In this document: piece by piece, positions 9,548 to 17,734 of the stretch
How the letters are laid out: each line of letters opens with the position of its first letter
Position numbering within the stretch: the stretch's first letter is position 1
Source: Rhodothermales bacterium
GTDB taxonomy: Bacteria; Bacteroidota; Rhodothermia; Rhodothermales; JANQRZ01
Length of the DNA stretch: 64,000 nt
Assembly (NCBI GenBank): GCA_965215165.1
Contig: CBDCCX010000006.1
Span: 3,417,097-3,481,096 of the forward strand
Direction of reading: 5' to 3'
Made by a program: the position numbers and the translations under genes
Notes under the pieces: model-generated
Told to the model about the DNA's origin: nothing
The model's input: the letters and a program-made list of their open reading frames with translations, nothing else
The model's database searches: none

Positions 9548-10078
9548 TTACTCGGTGCGGCGCACGAGGCGGATCGTCAGCGTGCCCCCGACCGCGTTCA
9601 GGTCTTCGTACTCGACGGGATCGAAGGCTTCGAGGTCGACGGTCCGCTCTCCCTCGAAGAGGAGGACACCGTCGCCGTCGCGCTCGAACGGGATGGTGTT
9701 GCTGAGCAGGAGGCTGGCGAGCCGGTCCTCGGCGTTGGCGAACGTCAGCCGGAGCTCGGCGGCCGTCACCGTGAAGGTGCCCGAGATCCGGTCCGACGGG
9801 GCATTCTCGAACTTGTAGCGGAGGTCGGCCTCGCCGCTGCCGAACAGCTCGACGAACGTGTTGGCCGCCACGAGGGTGTCGAGCACGTTCGCGTCGGCGA
9901 TCCCCCCGGCGTTCGGGTCGAAGGAGAACTCGGTGAAGTCGTAGATCCCCTCGACGTCCTCTGGGGAGGGCGGATCGACGGGGTCCGAGGAGTCGCAGCC
10001 GACGGTGCCGGCGAGCAGCACCGCTGCGGTAACGCCGAGGAGCGCGGATCGGAAGGGAAGTGTGAGCATGGCGGGCAT
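9548..10078 (-). CDS. Lipoprotein, lipocalin-like beta-rich
   Basis: Lipobox TVG-C followed by DSSD; EGIYDF / GTFTV beta motifs. Confidence 0.7.
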   Translation of the reverse strand: MPAMLTLPFRSALLGVTAAVLLAGTVGCDSSDPVDPPSPEDVEGIYDFTEFSFDPNAGGIADANVLDTLVAANTFVELFGSGEADLRYKFENAPSDRISGTFTVTAAELRLTFANAEDRLASLLLSNTIPFERDGDGVLLFEGERTVDLEAFDPVEYEDLNAVGGTLTIRLVRRTE

Positions 10079-10156
10079 AGGTCAGGGGCTGGGAGTGGGT
10101 TAGGGCTGCTCGGGCGACTGGTGGCACCGAGCCCTGCAATCTAAGCCACCGCGTGG

Positions 10157-10642
10157 CTACTGGACGCGGGTGGTCACGTGCGTCTCCATATCTTCCTCGC
10201 CCTCGGGAAAGTAGAGGTCCATGACGTCGAGGTTTACCTCAACTACCCGGAGGCCGGTCATCGTCTCGATCCGGTCGGCGACGTTGCGCCGCACGGCGTC
10301 GGCCACGGCGGGGATGCTCGCGCCGTACTCGGCGATGATCCGCACGTCCACGGCCGCCTCCCGCTGCCCGACCTCGACGCTGACCCCGAGGTCGTGCATG
10401 TCGCTCCGCGTGATCGACTTGGCGAAGGAGGTCACGGTCTGGCCCGTGTCGTAGGGCACCAAGCGGTGGACGCCCTCGATCTCGCGCACGGCGAGGCCGG
10501 CGATCTTGGCGACGACCTGGTTGTGGACGATCGTGCGCCCGTCGTCGCCGATGAGCACGGAGGCCCCGGCGGGGATGTCGATTTGGTCGTTGCGCGTGGT
10601 GACGCTCGTGGTGGAGTCGGACTTGTCGGTTTTGGTAGCCAT
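10157..10642 (-). CDS. Asp23/Gls24 family envelope stress protein
   Basis: VVAKIAGLAVREIEGVH, GVSVEVGQREAAVDV, EYG..IP, MTGLRVVEVN motifs; start at ATG 10642. Confidence 0.9.
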   Translation of the reverse strand: MATKTDKSDSTTSVTTRNDQIDIPAGASVLIGDDGRTIVHNQVVAKIAGLAVREIEGVHRLVPYDTGQTVTSFAKSITRSDMHDLGVSVEVGQREAAVDVRIIAEYGASIPAVADAVRRNVADRIETMTGLRVVEVNLDVMDLYFPEGEEDMETHVTTRVQ

Positions 10643-10686
10643 GACGGTCAGGGGGTAGGAGCCGGATGTCCGGCGGTGGGTGAGAA

Positions 10687-11004
10687 TCAGGAGAGGCGGC
10701 GGAGGGTGTCCCATGCTCCGGCGACATCGAGTCCGCCCGAGCGGGCCGCGTGGACGAGGCCGCCGAGCACCGCGCCGAGGCCGGCACAGAGCGCGACGAC
10801 GAGCGCCGCCCCGAGGCCGACGAGGATCAGCAGCACGCCGAAGACGAGGCCGACAGCGAGGCCCACGAGTGGCGCGACCGAGCGGGGCGGGGGTACGACC
10901 TGTGGCATGAGCGGCGGCCGGCCGGTCGGTGTCGGATCGGCGCGCGGCGCGTCGAGCGGGTGCGGACGCACGGCAGGGTCGGCAAAGGGGTCTCCGGGTC
11001 CCAT
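10687..11004 (-). CDS. Small integral membrane protein (DUF2273-like)
   Basis: Two Gly-rich TM helices (LVGLAVGLVFGVLLILVGLGAALVVALCAGLGAVLG); position between amaP and asp23. Confidence 0.65.
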   Translation of the reverse strand: MGPGDPFADPAVRPHPLDAPRADPTPTGRPPLMPQVVPPPRSVAPLVGLAVGLVFGVLLILVGLGAALVVALCAGLGAVLGGLVHAARSGGLDVAGAWDTLRRLS

Positions 11005-11015
11005 AGCGGGTTCGG

Positions 11016-11627
11016 TTAGTGGACGCGGGTGCGCGCGTCGAGGGCGAAGAGCTGCACGTCGAGGTTGGTGGCGACGACTGGCAGGCCGGTGTGGCGCTCG
11101 AGTGCCTCGGCGAGCAGCGGCTTGAGGCGGCTCGCCACGGCGGGAAGCTCGGCGTCGGGCGTGACCACCAAGCGGCAGGCGAGGTGCCAGCCGTCGCGCC
11201 GGAGCCGGAGCACCGGGGCCGCCTCGCGCACCGCCGGGTCGCGCTCGGCCGTGTGGACCACGAGCGCGTAGAGGCTCCGCATCGAGACCGTCACCTCGCC
11301 GCTGCCGTAGAGGCCGTTGCGGGTATGCCCACTCAGGCGCACGCGCCGGCTCCGCTCCTGCTGCTCGGCCGTCCGCGCGAGCGCCAGCCCGAGCAGCCCG
11401 ACCCCGGTGAGGAGCACACCGAGACCACCTGCCGCCCACAGCCACCGCTGCCGCAGGGGGTACTCCGTCAGGTCGAGCGCGAGCGCGAGGCCGCCGCCGC
11501 CGACGAGGCGGAGCGGCCCGAGCGCGTCGAGAGCATGGGCCAGCACCACGACGCCGCCTGCGACGAGGGCCAGCCCGACGAGGGCGACGACGAGACGCCA
11601 GAGCGTGTGGAGGAGGCGGAGGTTCAT
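11016..11627 (-). CDS. Alkaline shock response membrane anchor AmaP-like protein
   Basis: Two N-terminal TM helices, GEVTVSMRSL motif, Asp23-like C-terminus ending LERHTGLPVV. Confidence 0.7.
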   Translation of the reverse strand: MNLRLLHTLWRLVVALVGLALVAGGVVVLAHALDALGPLRLVGGGGLALALDLTEYPLRQRWLWAAGGLGVLLTGVGLLGLALARTAEQQERSRRVRLSGHTRNGLYGSGEVTVSMRSLYALVVHTAERDPAVREAAPVLRLRRDGWHLACRLVVTPDAELPAVASRLKPLLAEALERHTGLPVVATNLDVQLFALDARTRVH

Positions 11628-11739
11628 CGAGGTGGGGTGACCGGGCGAGGGAAGCCGCGCGAAGGCAAAGTGCAACAGCGCGGCGTGCCCGGCATGAGTC
11701 TAGGGTAAGTCCTGGATGAGGATCGCATTAAGGATCGAG

Positions 11740-12144
11740 TCAAAAGACAGTCTCTTCCGAATCGGTCACGTCCACGATGTGGAGCCGTAGGTCGAGCGGC
11801 GGGGCCTCGGGGAAGTGCGCCCACGCGGCGCGGAGCCGCTGATCGGCAGCGCGGAGCGTGGCCCGGAGCCGCTCCGTCAGCGCCGCCACCGTAAGCACCA
11901 GGCCCACCTCCGCCCGCACGCTCTCGCCGGGGCCGGCGGTGAGGGCGACGCCGACCACGGCCGGGCCGCGCCCCCGCGTCTGGAAGCGCGCCGAGGCCGA
12001 AAGCCCCGCGATGTCATGCCCGTCGAGCGCGGCGTGGCGGAGCGCGGCGGCCGCGAGCAGCCAGCCGTCCTCGGCCCCCAGCCCGCGCACCGGCGGGGCG
12101 TCCCGCAACACGGGCGCGCGGCGTATCGAGGGCTGCGCCGTCAC
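11740..12144 (-). CDS. Hypothetical protein, divergent Asp23-like
   Basis: GTG start overlapping upstream TGA (GTGA); C-terminal LDLRLHIVDV resembles Asp23 terminal strand. Confidence 0.5.
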   Translation of the reverse strand: MTAQPSIRRAPVLRDAPPVRGLGAEDGWLLAAAALRHAALDGHDIAGLSASARFQTRGRGPAVVGVALTAGPGESVRAEVGLVLTVAALTERLRATLRAADQRLRAAWAHFPEAPPLDLRLHIVDVTDSEETVF

Positions 12145-12644
12145 GAGGGGTGCGGGGGCTGTGTCGGCGAGGCCGGAGCCGCGCCCGTCGGGTCCACGAC
12201 GTCCACGACCTCGACCGTCACCGGGCCGGGTTCCAGCCCGAGGGTGTCTTGGAGCGCGGCCTCGATGCTCGCTCGGACGCGCTCGGCCAGGCCGAGCAGG
12301 TCTTCGCCGTAGCGCGCCACGATGCGGACCTCCAGCGCGGGGGCGGTTTGCCCGTCGAGCGTGACGAGTTCGGCGCGGCGCTCGGCCAGCCACCGCGCCG
12401 TCGCCGCCCCCGCCGCTGAGCCGAGCGGGGCTCCAAGCGCGACTCCCGCCGGCCCCGCCTGCGCGAAGCCCACGGCTCCCCCGATGAGGCCGCCGACGAG
12501 TGCGCCCCCCACCAAGCTCTGCGTGTCCATCACGCCCTGCACGTCGCCGGCCGCGACGGTTACGAGGTGGTCGAGCACGCCGGCCGATAGGCGGAGGTGT
12601 CCGCTCACCGAAGGCTGATCGAGAAGCATGTCGGGGTGGGTCAT
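12141..12644 (-). CDS. Asp23/Gls24 family protein with inserted glycine zipper
   Basis: GHLRLSAGVLDHLVTVAAGDVQGV and IVARYGEDL..TLGL..VTVEVVDV; ATGA coupling to upstream gene. Confidence 0.7.
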   Translation of the reverse strand: MTHPDMLLDQPSVSGHLRLSAGVLDHLVTVAAGDVQGVMDTQSLVGGALVGGLIGGAVGFAQAGPAGVALGAPLGSAAGAATARWLAERRAELVTLDGQTAPALEVRIVARYGEDLLGLAERVRASIEAALQDTLGLEPGPVTVEVVDVVDPTGAAPASPTQPPHPS

Positions 12645-13426
12645 CGGGGAGAGGTCGTCTGCGGCTGAGCGGCACCGGTGGGCGGCACGAGCCGGTAGCC
12701 GACGCCACGAACGGTTTGGATTACGCCAGCGAAGCCGAGAGCCCTGAGCTTCCGCCGGAGCGTGTAGACGTAGACGTCCACCGAGTTCGAGCCGGGGTCG
12801 AAGTCCAGCCCCCAGACCCGCTCGAGGACCTCGTCGCGGGAGCAGCATGCCCCGGCGTGGTCGAGGAAGTAGGCTAGCAGGTCGAACTCCTTGAGCGTCA
12901 GCTCGAGCCGGTGCCCGGCGACGGTGCAGGTGTGGGCGCGCCGGTCGAGCCGGATCGGCCCGGCGGCACCTGGTCCCTCGGCTGCGACCACCGGGGCTCC
13001 GGTGCGCGAGGCCGTGGGCGCGCTGCGGGCGGCGGTGCGGCGGTAGGCCACGACGAGGGCGCGGAGCAGGCCAGGCTGGACGGGCAGTCCGCACGCCGCG
13101 TCGGCCCCGGCGTCGAGCGCGGCCGCTTGATCGCTGGGGCCACCTTCGCAGAGCGCGATGAGCGGCCCGCCGACGGCCCGCGCCTGCGCCACAGCGTCAG
13201 GGGCTCCGCCGCTCGCTCCCCACCACAAGAGGACCGCGTCGAGACCGCCCGCCGGCGGCCGGCCGAGCGCGTCCACGCGGTGCGGAGCCGGGCACCACAC
13301 CTGCACGATGGCCAGGGCCTGCGCCCGCATCTCCGGGGCCGCCGCCACGGCGAGCCGCAACGGAGCCTCGTGAACCTCCGTTGTGGCAGGCCCGCCGGGG
13401 AGTCGGTAGAGTGCGGCCTGCGGCAT
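12641..13426 (-). CDS. OmpR/PhoB family regulator with degenerate receiver domain
   Basis: Intact wHTH (LTLKEFDLL, SNSVDVYVYTLRRKL, IQTVRGVGY); receiver lacks phospho-Asp and conserved Lys. Confidence 0.85.
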   Translation of the reverse strand: MPQAALYRLPGGPATTEVHEAPLRLAVAAAPEMRAQALAIVQVWCPAPHRVDALGRPPAGGLDAVLLWWGASGGAPDAVAQARAVGGPLIALCEGGPSDQAAALDAGADAACGLPVQPGLLRALVVAYRRTAARSAPTASRTGAPVVAAEGPGAAGPIRLDRRAHTCTVAGHRLELTLKEFDLLAYFLDHAGACCSRDEVLERVWGLDFDPGSNSVDVYVYTLRRKLRALGFAGVIQTVRGVGYRLVPPTGAAQPQTTSPR

Positions 13427-13591
13427 GGGTGCGCCCGACGATGGGAAGGGGGAGGGGAACGTCGCAAAGCTCTCGCGTCTGGCTGCGCCGAACATGAGGG
13501 CCTGATTAATCCTCGCTCATGCGGGAGCCCCGTTCTTCCCTGGAAGAGCAGTCACCCCATGACATGGTGCGGATGTGCCCAGCCTACTCCC

Positions 13592-13656
13592 TTGAGGCCA
13601 TCGCCTTCGAAGCCGATGGCCTCAAACAGTCTCTACGGTCAAACAGTCTCTACGGT
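13592..13656. repeat. 34-bp palindrome followed by a 17-bp tandem duplication (TCAAACAGTCTCTACGG x2); probable MITE remnant
   Basis: TTGAGGCCATCG-CCTTCGAAGC-CGATGGCCTCAA; AACAGTCTC is the reverse complement of the GAGACTGTT end of the element at 22687. Confidence 0.6.
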
Positions 13657-13708
13657 GTTGCCGTCGCTCAGCTCGGGCAGGCGCTCGAGGTCGGCGCGGA
13701 AGCTCGCG

Positions 13709-15757
13709 TTACCTCGTGAGCGTCATGCGCCCCGTCTGAACCGCGTCGCCGACGACGAGGCGATAGAGATACGTTCCGGCGGCGAGGCCTGAGGCGTCGA
13801 ACGTGGCGCGGTGCGTGCCCGCCTCGACCCACCCGTCGACGAGCGTCGCCACCGTGCGGCCCAGCACGTCGTACACCGTAAGCCGAGCCTCCGTAGCCTC
13901 CGTCACGTCGAAGGTGAGCGTCGTGCGCTGGGCGAACGGGTTTGGCGCGGCGATTAGGGTGGTGGGGGGTGCAGAGCGAGCGGCAGCGAAGAAGTCCTGC
14001 TCCACCTCGAACGCGGTCCCAGCGCTGACGGCACCGCCGGAGACGGTCAAGGTGAAGGACTCGGTGTCGCAGGCCACTCCCTCGTCGAAGTCGCCGAGGT
14101 CGAGGGCGAGCGCATACGCCCCGGCCGGGGCGGCTCCGGGAACGCGGACGCGGAGGTCGCGCGTGATGGTTCCGCCTGCCGGGAGCGTCCCGCTGCCGAG
14201 CCGGAGCGTCGCGCTCACGGGTCCCGTCGCCCTCAGCCACAGATCGAGCGGGGCCGGAGCCGGGCCGTCGTTCGCCACCGAGACGGTGAAGGTGAGGTTC
14301 TGTCCCGGCGCGGGCGTCGCGTCGTCGAGCGTCGCGGTGAGGCGCTGCGCGCAGCCGGAGGCCGGGAGAACCGTGAACGTGCGCGCCCCGGCGGCCCCGA
14401 CGAGCGGAAAGCGCTCGGTCCGCCCGGAGGCATCGGCGGCGGAGAAATAGTAGGCGACCTCGCCGCCTTGCTGCGGGAGCGGGAGCGCGGCGGCGAACGT
14501 ATCGCCGCCCGCAGGTTGGAGCGCGAGCGTGTCGAACGCCGCCCCGTCCGTTTGGTAGATCAGGAACAGCTCCTCGCTCAGGAGGGGCTGCCCGCTGTAG
14601 GGAATGATCTCGACATCGAGCCGGATCTGGGGCTGGTACGGGACGGGGCCGGCGAGGGGCTGGTGCTGGAGCGAGAGCAGCTCGGTGTCGGCGACCTCTT
14701 TGATGCGGCAGTGCAGCGCGTCGGTCGACAGCCAGCTCCCGGTGAAGCCGAGGATCTCGTAGCCCGGCATCGCGGCCCGGTACACGTCGAGCGCGTCGTC
14801 GTCCCAGGAGGAGTTCGAGATCGGGACGTAGACCCGCTCGTTGACGATGAGGGCGTTGGTGTAGGGCTGCCCGCTCGGGCTGTAGACCCGGAAGACTTGG
14901 TAGGGCGTCCCGTAGGCGCTCGGCTGCGAGGCGAAGTAGTCGGCCACGGCCTCGTAGTCGTCGTAGCGCCAATCTGAGGTCGGGACCTCGGTGATGACGA
15001 CCTTGTCCACGTCGAGAAACTTGCCCCACGTGTCGATGTGCTGGATGTAGGACGCCTGCGGGTCGTCGGTGACGTGGTAGGTGTCGATCCCGAGGTAGTC
15101 GCGCATCTTCTCGAGCACGAGTGCCTCGTTGAACCCGTTCTCGGCCCAGACGAGGTCGGTCGAGGCGGAGATGCCCCAGCCGTCGGTCATGTAGTTGCCG
15201 CCGGTGTGGACGAGGTCCATCGCGTAGAGCGGCGAGCCGAGGAACGAGGCGAGGGCGTCGGGAACCGCGTTGTCGTCCGGGCGCGGGCGGTTGTAGATGA
15301 AGTCGACCACGCTGATCTCGCGGTCCCCGTCGGCGACGTAGAACGGGCCGTAGTCGCGGGTCCAGATCGAGTTGGTCCGGGCGCGGAGGAACGCGGCGTT
15401 CGTCATGGTCACGCCGGCGTTCTGGTAGGCGCTCCGAGCCTGGCTCTCCTGGGACGCGCTCGCCACCGTCGTGATGACGCGGACGTGCTCGGAGAGCGCC
15501 GCCACCAAGGCCAGCGGGATGCCGAGGGGATAGCGGACGAGCACGGCCTCGCTGCGCTCGAACTCGGCGATGTTGCGGATGGGGCTCGGCGGCGGGGCCG
15601 AGCGCGCAAAGCCCTGCCCGATCTCGTCGCGGCGCAGCTCCTCCTCCGGCGTCATGGTTTGGGGGAGCGGATCGGACTCGTACCAGGGCGTGTCCTGGGC
15701 GCGAGCGGCACCGGCGGTGACGAGGAGGAGCGCGACGGCGAGGAGGCGAGCGGACAT
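13709..15757 (-). CDS. Secreted agmatine/peptidyl-arginine deiminase family protein with T9SS C-terminal domain
   Basis: WTRDYGP, GGN, HID, LHC catalytic motifs; signal peptide ARA-Q; C-terminal PNPF..VYDVLGR..LAAGTYLYRL sorting domain. Confidence 0.88.
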   Translation of the reverse strand: MSARLLAVALLLVTAGAARAQDTPWYESDPLPQTMTPEEELRRDEIGQGFARSAPPPSPIRNIAEFERSEAVLVRYPLGIPLALVAALSEHVRVITTVASASQESQARSAYQNAGVTMTNAAFLRARTNSIWTRDYGPFYVADGDREISVVDFIYNRPRPDDNAVPDALASFLGSPLYAMDLVHTGGNYMTDGWGISASTDLVWAENGFNEALVLEKMRDYLGIDTYHVTDDPQASYIQHIDTWGKFLDVDKVVITEVPTSDWRYDDYEAVADYFASQPSAYGTPYQVFRVYSPSGQPYTNALIVNERVYVPISNSSWDDDALDVYRAAMPGYEILGFTGSWLSTDALHCRIKEVADTELLSLQHQPLAGPVPYQPQIRLDVEIIPYSGQPLLSEELFLIYQTDGAAFDTLALQPAGGDTFAAALPLPQQGGEVAYYFSAADASGRTERFPLVGAAGARTFTVLPASGCAQRLTATLDDATPAPGQNLTFTVSVANDGPAPAPLDLWLRATGPVSATLRLGSGTLPAGGTITRDLRVRVPGAAPAGAYALALDLGDFDEGVACDTESFTLTVSGGAVSAGTAFEVEQDFFAAARSAPPTTLIAAPNPFAQRTTLTFDVTEATEARLTVYDVLGRTVATLVDGWVEAGTHRATFDASGLAAGTYLYRLVVGDAVQTGRMTLTR

Positions 15758-16007
15758 GATGGCGCGGGCGAGAGGATGTCGGAATAGGGACCTAGGGGGC
15801 GCAGAGTATACAGCCGAATCGGTGCGTTCCCGATCCCGCCGCTCTCTACCTTCGGGAGAGGGCATTCGGCAGAGGCGGCCTCGCTCCATCGGTCATCGGG
15901 CGGCGAGGGTATCTTCCCCACGCCGGTCGCCGAGCAGGGGGCCGGCCCTCGCACAATATCCCCGAAGCGGCCCCGTTACCCGGCCGTGCGCCGCGAAGCC
16001 CAGCATC

Positions 16008-16601
16008 ATGGAGCACCTGCCCGACGAGGACCTCGTCGCAGCCTACATCGATCACGGCGACGAGCGGGCCTTCCGCACCCTCGTCGAACGGCACCAGGAC
16101 CGGATCTTCGGCTACCTGGTCGGGATGGTCCGCGACCGCGAGGTGGCGAGCGATCTCTTCCAGGAGACGTTCCTCCGCGCCATCGCCGCGATGCAGAAGC
16201 GACGGGGGTCCTACGAGAAGCAGGGCCGCTGGCTGGGCTGGACCATGCGCATCGCCCGCAACGCCGCGCTCGACCACATCCGCAGCCGCAAGAAGTGGCA
16301 GGACGTGGACTCGGGCGACGACGAGGGCACTTCGTTCTTCGACCGACTCCCGGCTGACGGCCCCGACGCCATCTCGATGCTCGACTTCGCCGAGCGCGCC
16401 GAGGAGCTGCGGGCCGCCATCGAGCTGCTGCCGCCCGAGCAGCGCGAGGTGGTCCTGCTCCGCCACGAGTCCGAGCTCACCTTTCGCGAGATCGCCGAGA
16501 TCACCGACGTCTCGATCAACACCGCCCTCGGGCGGATGCGCTACGCGCTGATCAACCTCCGCAAGACGCTCATCCCCGACCCGACCCGCACCACGCAATA
16601 A
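16008..16601 (+). CDS. ECF RNA polymerase sigma factor
   Basis: DLFQETF, IARNAALDHIR, LPPEQREVV, SINTALGRMRYALINLRK. Confidence 0.93.
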   Translation: MEHLPDEDLVAAYIDHGDERAFRTLVERHQDRIFGYLVGMVRDREVASDLFQETFLRAIAAMQKRRGSYEKQGRWLGWTMRIARNAALDHIRSRKKWQDVDSGDDEGTSFFDRLPADGPDAISMLDFAERAEELRAAIELLPPEQREVVLLRHESELTFREIAEITDVSINTALGRMRYALINLRKTLIPDPTRTTQ

Positions 16602-16630
16602 CCTCTGCCTCTGCTCCTACCGCTACCCCC

Positions 16631-17689
16631 ATGCACGACGAGTTGAACGCCCTCCGCCATGTCTACGGCGAGGAACCCGCCGCGCCGCTCGGCCCCGAAG
16701 ACGAGACCGAAGCCGCCCAGCTAGCCGCCCTCAAGGCTGCGCTCGACGCGCTGCCCTCGCAGCGCCCGGCCCCCGCCGCCCTCGAGGCGGTGCTGTCCGC
16801 CGCCGCCGAGGCCCCGGAGGCGAGCCTTGCGCCGGTCCGCACCGTCTACGACGCGGACCCGGTCCCGCTCACCACGCCCGAGGCGAAAGCCGAAGCCGCT
16901 GCCTTCGCCGAGGTGAAAGTCGCGCTCGACGCACTCCCTCGGCAGCGCCCGGCCCCGTCGCTCGTCGATGCCGTCGTGTCGGCTGCGGCAGCGCCCACCC
17001 GCTCGCGCCCCACGCCTGTGGTGGCAGCGGCGAACCGTGCCGCCGACCGGCCGGCCGTCGGTCGGTCCGGCGCTCGTCGCGGAGCGGTGGTTGCCCTCAG
17101 CGCGGCGTTCGCGCTTGTGCTCGCCGTGGGCGTCGGGCTGTGGCCGGACGGGGAGGTGAGCGGGCCGCCCGCCGTCGCAGAGCAAGCGATTCCATCCGGC
17201 GAAGGGGCTCCGGACGCGCCGGTACTCGCGGACGCGGTCCCGGTCGGTGCAGCGACGGCTGAGCCCACCGCGTCGACGGCTGCACCGGCCGGCGTCGCGC
17301 CGCCCACTGCCCGCGCGAGGCGGTCGGCTCCGGCCGTGTCAGCTTCGGCCGCATCGGCTCCGGCGGCGGGGTCGGCCGCGTCCGGGTTCCAGACCGTGTC
17401 CGCGCGCCGCGCCGCGGCGGCCGAGGCCGCGCCTGCCGAGGCGGACGAGGTTACCGAGCCCGCGTCGCTCGCCGAGGCGGACGAGGTTACCGAGCCCGCG
17501 TCGCTCGCCGAGGCGCTTCCGCTCGCCGACGGCGACGAGGAGTTGCAGGTGCTCTACCTCCGTGTGCAGGAGATGCAGGCCGGACAGGTCGGCGTCGGGT
17601 GGGACGGCCCGGCGGTCTCGCTCGGGGCCGCGCCGGACTCGACCCCCGCCGCCCACTCCGGCTGGATGCAGGTGCGCGTGCAGCGCTAG
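16631..17689 (+). CDS. Putative single-TM anti-sigma factor
   Basis: Immediately downstream of ECF sigma; cytoplasmic duplicated helical module, one TM, Ala/Pro-rich outer part. Confidence 0.55.
   Translation: MHDELNALRHVYGEEPAAPLGPEDETEAAQLAALKAALDALPSQRPAPAALEAVLSAAAEAPEASLAPVRTVYDADPVPLTTPEAKAEAAAFAEVKVALDALPRQRPAPSLVDAVVSAAAAPTRSRPTPVVAAANRAADRPAVGRSGARRGAVVALSAAFALVLAVGVGLWPDGEVSGPPAVAEQAIPSGEGAPDAPVLADAVPVGAATAEPTASTAAPAGVAPPTARARRSAPAVSASAASAPAAGSAASGFQTVSARRAAAAEAAPAEADEVTEPASLAEADEVTEPASLAEALPLADGDEELQVLYLRVQEMQAGQVGVGWDGPAVSLGAAPDSTPAAHSGWMQVRVQR
17435..17515 (+). repeat. 36-bp in-frame tandem duplication (AEADEVTEPASL x2)
   Basis: GCCGAGGCGGACGAGGTTACCGAGCCCGCGTCGCTC repeated exactly. 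Confidence 0.9.
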
Positions 17690-17734
17690 GCCTCTCCGCT
17701 AGACTTCTCCGCTGACTCCCTCCCCGGATACTCG

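Noticed and set aside
6985-9705. 906-aa plus-strand ORF
   Set aside because: Antisense shadow of the barrel and lipoprotein genes; typical of high-GC codon bias; no motifs
13519-13719. 66-aa ORF across the repeat region
   Set aside because: Atypical codon usage, built from palindrome and tandem repeat, no recognisable motif
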